The notes under the pieces: model-generated
Told to the model about the DNA's origin: nothing
The model's database searches: none
The model's input: the letters and a program-made list of their open reading frames with translations, nothing else
Translations under genes and position numbers: made by a program
From: Anthoceros angustus
Taxonomy: Eukaryota; Plantae; Anthocerotophyta
Reading direction: 5' to 3'
DNA: 64,000 nt
NCBI GenBank assembly: GCA_010909165.1
Contig: MU008167.1
Location: 310,001-374,000, forward strand
Shown here: piece by piece, positions 13,341 to 24,060 of the stretch
Numbering within the stretch: position 1 is the first letter of the stretch
Layout of the letters: each line of letters opens with the position of its first letter

Positions 13341-14248
13341 TACGTCAATAGGTCTATGTCAAAGCATATGGGTTAGGGTAAGCACAATTGATTAGCTGTG
13401 ACTAATACCCGTAGTTACATTAGACTCTTGTACATGTACATTCCCTACATACATTACGGAATTAACTTAATGCTATAACATGTGCTGGTTATTTGTTAGA
13501 TTATGTGGCTTAAAATCCCAAGATGAGCATAATAAAACAAGTCCGTATGGTGTGAGTCAAGCCTCATGAAGTCATTGATTTGCAATGTCTGAGATGAGCA
13601 TAATAAAATACTTTCCATAAAATACTTTCCATGTGGTCTGCGTCGTCAAGACTTGTGAAGTCATTGATTTGCAATGTCTCATTAATTAATTTAAGTCTAT
13701 GAAGCTATTTGGAGAAGAGGTCTAATAGATACTAATTTAAGTATTCTAAATAATAATTTATAAAATGAGTAACAAAACTGAAAGAGTAGCAAGTGAAGAG
13801 AGCTCCAATAGAACAAAATAATTATAATTGATTGGAACATGAAGGACGAAATTGTAATTAATTAGCAAGTGGTTATTGAAGACCTTAACCTGAATTTACT
13901 TTCACATGGAGTTTGATTGTTAACTGTACTATTCTTTTGAAAGTTATCACGTGATCATTGTGTTCACACCCATTTCGCATGCATATTTTTTAGGATTTGA
14001 AATTTATAATGCAAAATCTTAAGCTTGGGCTTATCAATTGAATAACGTATTCTTCATTGTGATCTTTCGTGATTGTTTATTTAGTTGATTAGAAAAAATC
14101 CATTAGAAAATAACTTAGAATGTAGCACGATTACTTTAGAATTTCTTATTTAAGTTAGATTGATCTAGGATTTCTTATTCTAGCTTAAGCAGCTTGAAAC
14201 TTCTTACTTTCAAAAGAATGCTTGTTTTGTTCTCCTCAGCATAATTCC

Positions 14249-14630
14249 ATGGATGAAGATGATAAAGATGGAGAAATTTTCATTATTATGGGATCTATGT
14301 TTAGTGGCAAGACAAATTACTTATTAAGAGGTATACAATTAAAATGAGAAGCAGGTAGATTAGCGATCTTAGCTAATTTTGATAAAAATAATAGATATTC
14401 AATCAATGCAGTTGTAGTACGTATGGAAAAACAATGAGATTGTCTAACTATAAGTCGATTTGAAGAGTCTAAAGTCGATAATTGGTGAAGCTCAATTTGA
14501 TAGGTTAGACACCATTGGTATAGACGAAGCTCAATTCTTTTATGATTTGATAGAATTTTGTGAAGAATTAACCAACAAAGGAGAGAAAATTATAGTGGCA
14601 AGATTAGACGGAGATAGCTGTCGAAACCAT
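14249..14630 (+). pseudogene. Intronless thymidine kinase (TK1 family) pseudogene in AT-rich DNA
   Basis: MDEDDKDGEIFIIMGSMFSGKTNYLLR (P-loop) ... [36 protein letters not shown] (Walker B and VxxLDG motifs). Contains in-frame TGA stops and frameshifts. The C-terminal zinc/lasso region is not recognisable. Confidence 0.85.
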
Positions 14631-14939
14631 TCAAAAGATGAGCAAGTTGGCATTAGATATGTGGTTTCATGTGTCTCAAATGAACCCGATGTGACAATCA
14701 TTACCGCTAATGTAGTAAAGGCCTTTGGTTCAGATTCAACTTGACTTAAAGGTAGTAAAAAGGTGATGAGAACCAGAACTGTTAGTGACCTTGACCACAA
14801 AATAGGGGCGGGATTAGCAGGCATCAATGCTAACAATTTTAATTCCGTAACCAAGCTGACTGATATCAATTTGAATGTCTAAAATAATCAATATTAAAAA
14901 ATCAATTTGAGTTAGTGAGAAAGAGTAAAACTAAATTGA

Positions 14940-15401
14940 ACTTACATACCAAGAAAAAAAAAGACTTATGAAGAGCACGAATGTAAAATCAGTAGTCGTC
15001 TTGATCATCATGAGACACAACATAAGAGCAAATTACAGACTCTTAGTGACTACCTGAAGGCAGTTGACTTACTCAGGATTGCTAAGTCTCAACTAATCGA
15101 TTTGATTGAGGAAGGAGTTGTGTTGGAGCGCAATCTGTGTGAAGTGAAAACGGGGAAACCTAACCTTAGAGTAATCATTGAACAACATAGTGATAAACTG
15201 GAGAAGAGTGGGAAAGTGATTAAACATTTGTTAGCTGATGAGGGAGCTGCATATTTGATTAACAACTTAAAAGATGTGCTGCATTTGAATGGATCTGGGA
15301 ATGACCCAACTAACCCAGGTACTTCTAAGAGGAGAATTAAAGTAATGGATGTTGGAGAACCACCAACATTAACTGAAGATGCAAGGAGGAAGCGTTGGTG
15401 A
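14940..15401 (+). other. 154-codon stop-free stretch of unknown product
   Basis: Open from 14940 (after TGA at 14937) to the stop at 15401 in AT-rich DNA: YIPRKKKTYEEHECK...LIDLIEEGVVLERNLCEVKTG...TEDARRKRW. Confidence 0.45.
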
Positions 15402-16429
15402 GGAAGTTAGCAGAAACACTTCCATTGTAGGGAAATATAACTTAGATTGATTAATTTTGTCATGGAATAGCAAGTTTACCTAGAGCAGATATGATGGGTT
15501 GAAATTCAATTTCAATACAAACTTTTATTTACATGATTTGTTTTTCTCCCACCAAGGAAAAAAGTGTTGTCCTCAATAATAACCAACAGATTGAGACATC
15601 ATTCAAGATCCTTTATGTGTATCTTCCAAGGTTATCAAGATTTGTTTGCTTGTATATATCTTCTTATGTCTCCCAAACTACATGGAAGATTTGACATAAT
15701 TTTACCAAGTATACTCAGTCATAGTCGAGTATTGTTTTCTTGTAGGAAATATTGCAGATTTCAGAGAGACAAATTTGAGTTTCGACATAGCAAAGGCATC
15801 TCTAACATAGCGAAGGTGTAATTTTAACTCCAGAATGCCCAACCCACTCAAATCGAGCCTATTGATACATGTTCTTAACATTGTGCATAACTTTTATATG
15901 ACACTAGCTCATGTTAAGGTTGTCTTTGTGGAAAATTGTGCCCTTTACATTATGAAAAAGATTTAAAAACTTTTGGCCGATCTATTCCGTTGAAACGCGA
16001 AAGAATCTTTTACTCATGAAACAAGAGGCATTACTAGCTGAAAACTCATCCTATGCTCAAGGGTTTAGTCTATTATAAAGGCCTTTTGTTGGACTAAGTG
16101 CCTTAGTTTTTTACAGAAAATATAAAATATTTTAAAATATATTAGTTAAATATTTATTTTGAAAATCATTCGACACACATCCGTAGAAAGACCTTTCCAA
16201 CGGACCAAAAATCTGAACCAGTGGATCAGTATGCACATATTAGTGACAACCGTTTCTTAAGGGGTTGATTGGTTTTTGAGAAATTCTACGCATTTTGAAC
16301 AGTTATAATGGTTCAAAATTTTTACTTCAAATCTTTAACTTTTACTAGAGTATAAAATTTTCCATAGGGTTGCCGATTTTTGTCGTACCTTTCTTATCCA
16401 AGAAGAAGAGAAAGGAGGGCAAAGCCTTA

Positions 16430-16745
16430 CGATCCATTGTTAACCCCATGTTAAAGTTCTCCAAACTGGCATGCCATTTCCAGCCTTACTCTTGCCTCCT
16501 ATCCCAAGGAAGAGAATGAAGACTGCCCGAGGGGGAGGAGAAGGCTCAAGCCCTAAGAAGGAGAAAGAAGACTCCCCCAAGCGAGCTGGCCTTGTAACAG
16601 AGCCACGGGAGAGAAAATATTTTAAGTCTTGATTCGCACAGGAGCTTGGAGGTTATCGATGGGCAAGAGGCCAACAAACACGTTAACGGATGAAGCTGGT
16701 TGACGCGCAAGAGGCCAACCTTGCCGTGAACCACTGGTCTTTTCG
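16430..16745 (-). mobile_element. LINE reverse-transcriptase fragment
   Basis: Minus strand reads TSGSRQGWPLA (cf. GxRQGCPLxP) followed by a degenerate stretch with stops. Confidence 0.4.
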
Positions 16746-16816
16746 GGTCCGAAGTGCTAGCCCAAACTTCACTTAAAACTAAGAGCTTCCCTCGTATACA
16801 CGACCCTCCTTTCCTT

Positions 16817-19800
16817 TCAATCTTCATAGAACACAAATGAGTTCAGATGCGCCAAGTCCTCCGTTCTGGAACAAAGTTGTTCAAGTGATGAGTATATACT
16901 TCTACTTTCGGGATGCTTCGCATCTCCAACGAAGAAACTATGCACCAGGCCGTCTAGGTCTGTCCACCAGCTCTGCCCTGGCTGCTTCCATGCGCCAATT
17001 CCTCTTCCTCCTTGCCTGCATCTCCTGCGCCTGCTCCCACATCTGGGCGCCGGTGACAAGCACCTAATAGAGCATGCCAAACAGCAGCACTGGGCAGCAC
17101 AGGGATGGTCTCGATGAAAGGTAGTGCCTCGTCCACGTGGCCTGCACGACCCAGGAGATCCACCATGCAGGTGTAGTGCTCCACACTGGGCCTGATGCCA
17201 TGTTCTCCGCTCATAGCCTGAAAGTACTCTCGCCCCTTGCTTACGAGACCCACATGATTGCATACTGTTAGTTCACTGACGAATGTCATGGCAGTTGGCT
17301 GTATGCCATCCCACCTCTTTCTCTCGAACAAGTCGAAGACCAGGCACTGTCTCGTGACGGGTGTACCCGGCAATCAGGGCATTGCAGGCATCCTCTCTTC
17401 CAGGCAATGCCTCAAACACCTGTTGTGCATCAATCATGCTACCAGGCTTTCCGTACATGTTTATCAAACTGCCAGCTACAAGCACATCAGTGTGAAGCCC
17501 CTGTTCTTCAATCTGTGCATGTAACCGTCTGCCCACATGTAGGGCAACATTTGCACATGCCCGCAGGCACACAAATGTCAAGAAATCGGGTGCCACAATG
17601 CCCTCATTTTGCATAGCATTGTAAAGACGAAGAGCCTCCTGCCCCATCCCCTGCTGGGAATACCCTGCAATCATGGCATTCCACATCCCTACATCTTTGT
17701 GAGGAAGACCATCATAAACGCCCCGAGCATCCTCTAGGGCGCCGCACTTTGCATACATGGTTACCAAACTGCTGGCTAAAAACACATTAGCTTCAAGTCC
17801 TTGTTCTGTGGTTGGTGCAAATATAGGTCACAGAATTAGGTGCAACGATGCCTTCTTCTTGCATAGATTCATACAGGCGAAGGGCTTCCTGGCCCCTGTC
17901 CTGCTGGGAATATCCCGCAATCATGGCACTCCAGGTCACCACATTTTTTTCGCCAAGTCCGTCAAACACATTCTGAACAGATATCTTCTAGGCTGCCACA
18001 CTTCGCATACATGTTTACCAAACTGCTGGCTATAAACACGTCAGTGTCAAGTCCTTGTTCTCTAAGTTGCACATGAAGCTGCCTTCCCTTCTCCAAAAGC
18101 GCGCCCACATTTGCGCATGCCCGCAGGAGGCACAGAAATGTCACAGAATCAGATGCTGTGATGCCTTCTTGTTGCATAGAACAGTGAAGACTAAGGGCTT
18201 GCTGACCCATACCCTGATGGGCATATCCTGCTATCAGGGTGGCCCACGTCCCCACACTTTTCTGACCAAGTCCGTCAAATATGGCTTGAGCGTCCTCTAG
18301 GCTAATACATGCGCACCAAGGTGTTGGATAAGCACATATCCGCCAGAAGCCCTCCATTTTTTATCTGTGAATGAAGCTGCTTCCCTTTCTCCAAAGCTGG
18401 TGTCCCCACACTTGCACACGCCTGCAGGAGGCATAGAAACGTGACAGAATCAGGTGCAGCAATGCCATCTTCCTGCATGGCACTGTGAAGGTTAATGGCC
18501 TTCTGACCCATTCCCTGCTGGGAGTATCCTGCTATCATGGCATTCCAGGTTACCACATTTTTGACCAAGTCCGTTGAACACTATCTGAGCATCTTCCAAG
18601 CTGCCACACTTCAAGTACATGTTTACCAAACTGTTAGCTACAAACACATCAGCTTGGAACCCTCCGTCTCCAATCTGTGCATGAAGCTGCTTCCCCGTCC
18701 CCAAAGCTGGGGTGCTCTCGCTCCCACATGCCTGCAATAGGCCTACAAGTGTCACAGCATCAGGTGCCTCAATACCTTCTTCTTGCATAGCCCTGTAGAG
18801 AACAAGGGCTTCCTGTCCTGTGCCCTGCCGGGAATATCCACCTATCATGGCATTCCGTACCACCACATTTTTTTGACTAACTCCATCAAATATGTCCCGA
18901 GCATCCTCCAGGCTGCCGCACTTTGCGTACATGTATATCAGACTGCTGGCCAGACACACACCGGCCTGGAGCCCCTGTTCTCTAATCTGCGAATGAAGTT
19001 GCTTCCCCTTGCCCAAAGCCGGGGTGCCCACACTTGCACAGGCCTGCAGAAGGCACAGAAAAGTCACAGAATCAGGTAACACAGGGCCTTCTTGTTGCAT
19101 AGCATTGTGAAGATCAAGGGCTTCCTGACCCATGCCTTGCTGGGAGTATCCAGCTATCACGGTATTCCATGTGACAACGTTTTTGTGGCCAAGTCCATCA
19201 AACACACCTCGAGCATCTCTAGTCTGCCACACTTCGTGTACATGTTCACCAAACCGCTTCGAACACATCAGCTTGAAGTCCTTGTTCCCTAATTTTCTGA
19301 TAAAGCTGCTTGCCATTCTCCAAAGCAGGTGTGGCCAAACTTGCACATTCCTGCAAGAGGCACACAAACGTCGCAGAATCAGGCGCAGACATTCCTTCAT
19401 CTTGCATAGCCCAGAATACACAAAGAGCTGCCTGGCCCATGCCATGCTAGGACTACCCTGCTATCAACGAGGTCCAGGTCACCACATCTTTTCGACCAAG
19501 CCCATCAAACACCCTCTGAGCATCCTCCAAGCTGCCACATTTTGCATACATGTCCACCAGGGAATTACAGACAAACAAACTAGGCTCAAACCCGCTGGCC
19601 GACACATCAGCATGCACCTGCTGCCCACTACTCAAGTCTGCTCCCCTCGCACAGGCCTGAAGGGCTGCCACAAACACATGACCATCCGGCTTCACACCTG
19701 ACCTTCGCATCTGCTGATACAGCTGTACGGCCTGCTCAGCAACATACATTCGTGTGATGTGGTTGCACAAGAACGTGTCCGACTCATACCCCTTCATCAC

Positions 19801-20052
19801 TATGAGAGCATGGACACGGCGACCCACAACCAGATTCCTCTGAATCTCACACTTTTTCATAACTACACGAAACATACACTGAGCAATACCACAGTCTGTC
19901 TGCACCAGAACTCCCAGAGCCTCCACAGCTTCAACGAGCTGCCCCTGCTGACATAGCTGGCTCACAGTTCCATCCGTCACGCCCCATTGGTATCCTGCAG
20001 CTATGCATTTGAGGTCCGAGACACCGGGCTCCCAAGCTTGCTCTTCTTCCAT
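16817..20052 (-). pseudogene. PLS-E+ PPR pseudogene (copy 1)
   Basis: Collinear with 30089-33632, but has a 101-bp out-of-frame deletion in E1/E2 (junction 17054-55), a 105-bp deletion (19740/41), an approx. 231-bp 5' deletion (about 20022) and many small frameshifts. Confidence 0.9.
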
Positions 20053-20663
20053 TGTCCAAGCACCAACTTGACTATATCATTAGGTGAAACGACAGGGTAA
20101 ACTTAATGCAAGAAGGTTTGCAGAAAGGACCTTGCATCTCGTTTTGTGAGCCTTCTTCCCATGTAGATTTGTATGAAGAAATGCGCTGCGCGGGGGTGGG
20201 GAGATTTTTTTTCACTCCATCCTCCCCAAGAAAACTGTCCTCACTCACTCTGTCTACATGAAAACTGCACGGTATTGTGAGCTTCATCAGCTTTACGAGA
20301 ACGGCAAAACTGGATATTGCGCCAGCCATTGCAAGAATTGAACAACAGTTACGGGACAATTGAAGTCCATTGTATCAAAACACACGGTTCCTAAAACAAT
20401 AATCCTCCCGGACTACATAAGAATCCTGACCTCTACAGTCTATCTCGGACGCCAGATTACGACGCAACAGCAGGAAATACTCTTCCTTCCCTCCAGCTGA
20501 TCAAATCTCAGCAGTGTGATACGAGAGATCAATAGGTACTCCGCCTGCCTGCTGCAGCCTCACACAGGCAGCAACAACACGTTACTGCCTCCTTGTCCAA
20601 AACAGGAATGAGGCAAGCGAGTAGGACATCAGCTGTCGAAACGACTCAACGTGACAAAAACGA

Positions 20664-21988
20664 TTAGGCAGGGACTGCTGGGGCGGCTTGTGGATTTGCT
20701 GGAGTGCTTTGAGGGTTCGCCGGGGCCCCATTCGCAGCTGGAGCTGGTGGTGGTGGAGGCTTCATATGGTTGGGCGGCGAGTGCTTCAGCTTCATCAAGA
20801 TCATACGCATCCTGGTTAGATCAGTGGATTTCCCTGGTTTCGGTCCCTGGTTGATCACCACTGACGGTTTCTTCTTATCCTTGTCCTTGCCCCGTGATTT
20901 TCCTTCCAACGTTGCCACCTCGGTTGGTATAAGCTCTGCGACAGCCTTCCAGTAGTTCTTGTGAGCGTTGGCATGAAAGTTCTCCTGATTTGCAAGGAAG
21001 ACCTGCGAAGCAAAACCAACTCAAATGAGATCGCGGATAACATCAATCACAGTCACGCTCTGAAGACTTGCAAACCACAACAGACATGTTGTCAACATCT
21101 CAAAAAGCCTCAGTCAGGCACCGTGCTGCCTGCTTCCAAACACACCAGGCATCGGTCAGGCACTGTTTTTCCTACTTCCAAACACACCTTTTCCCTTTCA
21201 CGATTGCTCTTAGCTACGGCTTCATTATTTGCCTTCCGTTTGGCATAGAACTCATCTTTGAAGTCGGCTGCGTCCCGCTCAATACTGGCAAGCGCTTCCT
21301 TTTCTTTCATCTCTTTCTCCTCAAGTCGCAGGGCATTTTGCCTGCACACATGAAGCACGCTCACGGCACAGCCTCCGGACTGTCTAAGCTAACACACCAG
21401 AAGTCCCCACAAGCCTCTTTGATCCTCGATCAGACATAGATCAATCTTGGAACCCGAGGCCACACCTAGATTTGAAGCAGAACTGCGATGCCAGCTGAAA
21501 CAACTTCCTTCCACTTACCGCTTCCACTCCCGCAGCACAAAACCTTCCTCAGGCTGCATCTGCTCCGGAGGAGGCAAAACAGCTCCGTTGTTGGCCGGCT
21601 TGGTGTCCTCCTCCGCGAAGGTGTAGAGGCCGTTGCCTCCTTCGTACGCCTTGAAGATCTTGCCATTAGGATGCTCGTCGGTGGAGAAGTCGGGCCCTTC
21701 GTTGAAGTCGGTCAGAGACTCCGCCCGGAAGGAATCAGTGTAGGAAGGCTGCTGAGCAGCCTCGTCGTCGAAGGCGTTGTAGGAGTGCTCAGAGTGGTGA
21801 TGGCCGAACCCGTTGGTGCCTGTGAAGGGCGACTCCGTGCCGTCGGGCTCCAGAGGATCGTCCGTGGTCTCAGGGAACCGATCTGGAGTGCTCCTGAAAG
21901 ATTCAAAGCGGCCAGATGGTAGCCGCGGATCGTATCCCAAGTCGAAGGGCTGTGATCCCGAGCTCACATCGTCGTCGTAGGTCGCCAT
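20664..21988 (-). CDS. CLC: Clathrin light chain (intact copy), 3 exons
   Basis: Exons 21988-21519, 21341-21188, 21002-20664. [12 protein letters not shown]|[43 protein letters not shown] match plant CLC. Confidence 0.93.
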
Positions 21989-22454
21989 GCCTGCAGATGC
22001 GCAGCGCCACAGCCAGCTCCTGCTCCTCCTCTACCTACGCCGCTCGTGTGCTTACCGCTATGTACGTGGTTTTTCCAGTCAATCATCCCCGTTAGGGCAT
22101 AAAGTTTCCACTAGACTAAATACTTCGGCTAAACCTCCGCACGAAGTAACAAACCTCCACACAAAGTAACAAAAGCACCCTTGCCAGGGCATGTGGGACC
22201 CACCCCTCCCTTGTCATCCTAGGTGGCCCAGGCGCCTCTCCCATGTCATAGCCAGACCGGTTCTCAGCCATCAACCAGGCCAGGGTTTCACCGGCATCCG
22301 CGACCGTGGTGGCCAACGATGGAGCGGACGGGGTGACGTCTTTGACAAAAAAAAAAAAACCTAGTCTTTGACAAAAAAGATCGCGTATATGTTCAAGTTG
22401 CTCAAAGTTAATGGGGCTACACTTACTTACACGTTTGCTTCTCGGAACATCTTG

Positions 22455-22595
22455 ATGTCAGCAGTTTGGATCGAATACTAAAGTTCACAGCAATTGAGGC
22501 TGCTGCAACAATCCTCAGGGGACATCGCGATGTCAGTACAGTTTGGATCGAATACTACAGTTCACAGCAATTGAGGCTGCTTCAACAACCCTCAC
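22455..22595. repeat. Approx. 73-bp tandem duplication
   Basis: gatgtcag(c/t)a(c)agtttggatcgaatacta(a/c)agttcacagcaattgaggctgct occurs twice. Confidence 0.75.
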
Positions 22596-23778
22596 CAGAA
22601 CGATCAGCAATGGCGTTCCAGCCTTTGCTCCACATAGTCACTCCTGCATAGAAGACCAAGCTGTGGTACGGACACACAAGGGGGGCTATTCGCTCCAACG
22701 CCAATGAGGGGCTTGATGGCCTGAATAGTGGGCTTACGGTAAGGATACAAGCTCTTGGCTTGTTCCTGAAGAGATTGCCCTATACCTTTTAATACAATAT
22801 CAATATATAGGATGCATAAGGCATCTACACAAGCTAAAGTTAAGGCTACCGCCTCGCAAACTGTGGGCAGACGCATCACCCAATATCAAGCTTGTAAAAT
22901 TCCTGGATACCCGCTCACACATGGTTGGCATTCATGGCCATTCCAAACACTAAAGAACCGCTGAAGAAAATCCCTTCCTAATAGATCCACAACGATAAAA
23001 CTAATAATATAACATCCAACACCTAAAACGAAGTCGTGATAGGAGCCAAAGCAAAGTACAAGAAAGCTACCGCTATCCCGGAAACAAACTAGCAAGCTAC
23101 GATCACTGCAATGCCGGCAAAAGAGCCCATAAAGCCAAAGAAGTTTCATTCGTTTAGGCCCACGGTTCTCTTATATTCATACTTAGAGAATGACCGTATA
23201 CTTAGACAATAACTACTATGTAAGGCATATAGACATGTGGATGAGGATGATCTAGGTAGTGGGACCCACAGGCTGGGATGCAGGGGATAGGGGGTAGGGG
23301 CTAGGGGCAGTGGGCAGTGAGTAAGGCGGTAGCGGGTTTAGGGTCTAGAGGGGTTAGGGTATGGGTATGGCAGCCTCAAGCAATCTCCGGCGAATGCGAT
23401 GGAACCTCCCCAACCTCCGCCTCCATGTCCCCCTACCCTTGCATCCTCATATATATTATGGGGATGTGTTCTTAATTCAATTGTCCTCCTCCTCTATGCA
23501 ATAATTGTCTTTCTTAAGCTTCTTTTGGATTATTAAGAATGCCAGTCTCGCTGCTAGTCTCGCTTGGAAATCCTTGGCAAAAAGTAGGTTGACGAAAAAC
23601 AGGTTTGCACGGGTGACAAGACTGACGGGGGAAAGTGGAAGTTGTTGTTGATACCCTCTCCCTTATTGTTGTTGAAACCCTCTTCAAGGGTGCCGCCTAG
23701 TTGTTCTCTGTATACTTTAACGGCTTGTTCATGCACTATGTCACCCTCAGCGACAAATGGTAGGACATCCTAAGTTAA

Positions 23779-24060
23779 GCCGCCCCCCCTGTTTTAAATT
23801 GGGGCGCCCTCCCCTTTTTACATTGGCGCATTTGCCCAATTGGGGCAGGTGTCCCAATTTGAGGCGCCTAACCTTTTTTACATCGGGGCACTCGCCCCCT
23901 TTGGCGCAAAGGGCGCTAAAAAGTGTGATGCGGGAGACGATTGATACGTTTGACATGCCCACTACTATGGACATTTTAGGGGCTCGCCCGCCCTTTTCCA
24001 AATTGGGGCCGCCCACCTCTTTTCGAACTGGGGTGCCCGCCTCTTTTTGAACTGTGGGGG
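23779..24060. repeat. Array of degenerate approx. 24-bp motifs (cgcccNccttttNNaaYtgggg)
   Basis: At least 7 related units in two clusters, e.g. cgcccgcccttttccaaattgggg and ccgcccacctcttttcgaactgggg. Confidence 0.7.

Noticed and set aside
12600-16380. Organellar DNA insertion as the explanation for the AT-rich island
   Set aside because: No recognisable plastid or mitochondrial gene, rRNA or tRNA. TK is not an organelle-encoded gene in plants.
16380-16820. DYW deaminase domain downstream of the PPR genes (also checked 29800-30090)
   Set aside because: No HSE/HxE, CxDC or DYW/DRH/GRP-like end in the frames read. Both copies stop shortly after the PG box region.
23270-23395. Interstitial telomeric repeats (also 45480-45830, 61800-61825)
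   Set aside because: Only scattered degenerate TTAGGG/CCCTAAA-like words, not a tandem array.
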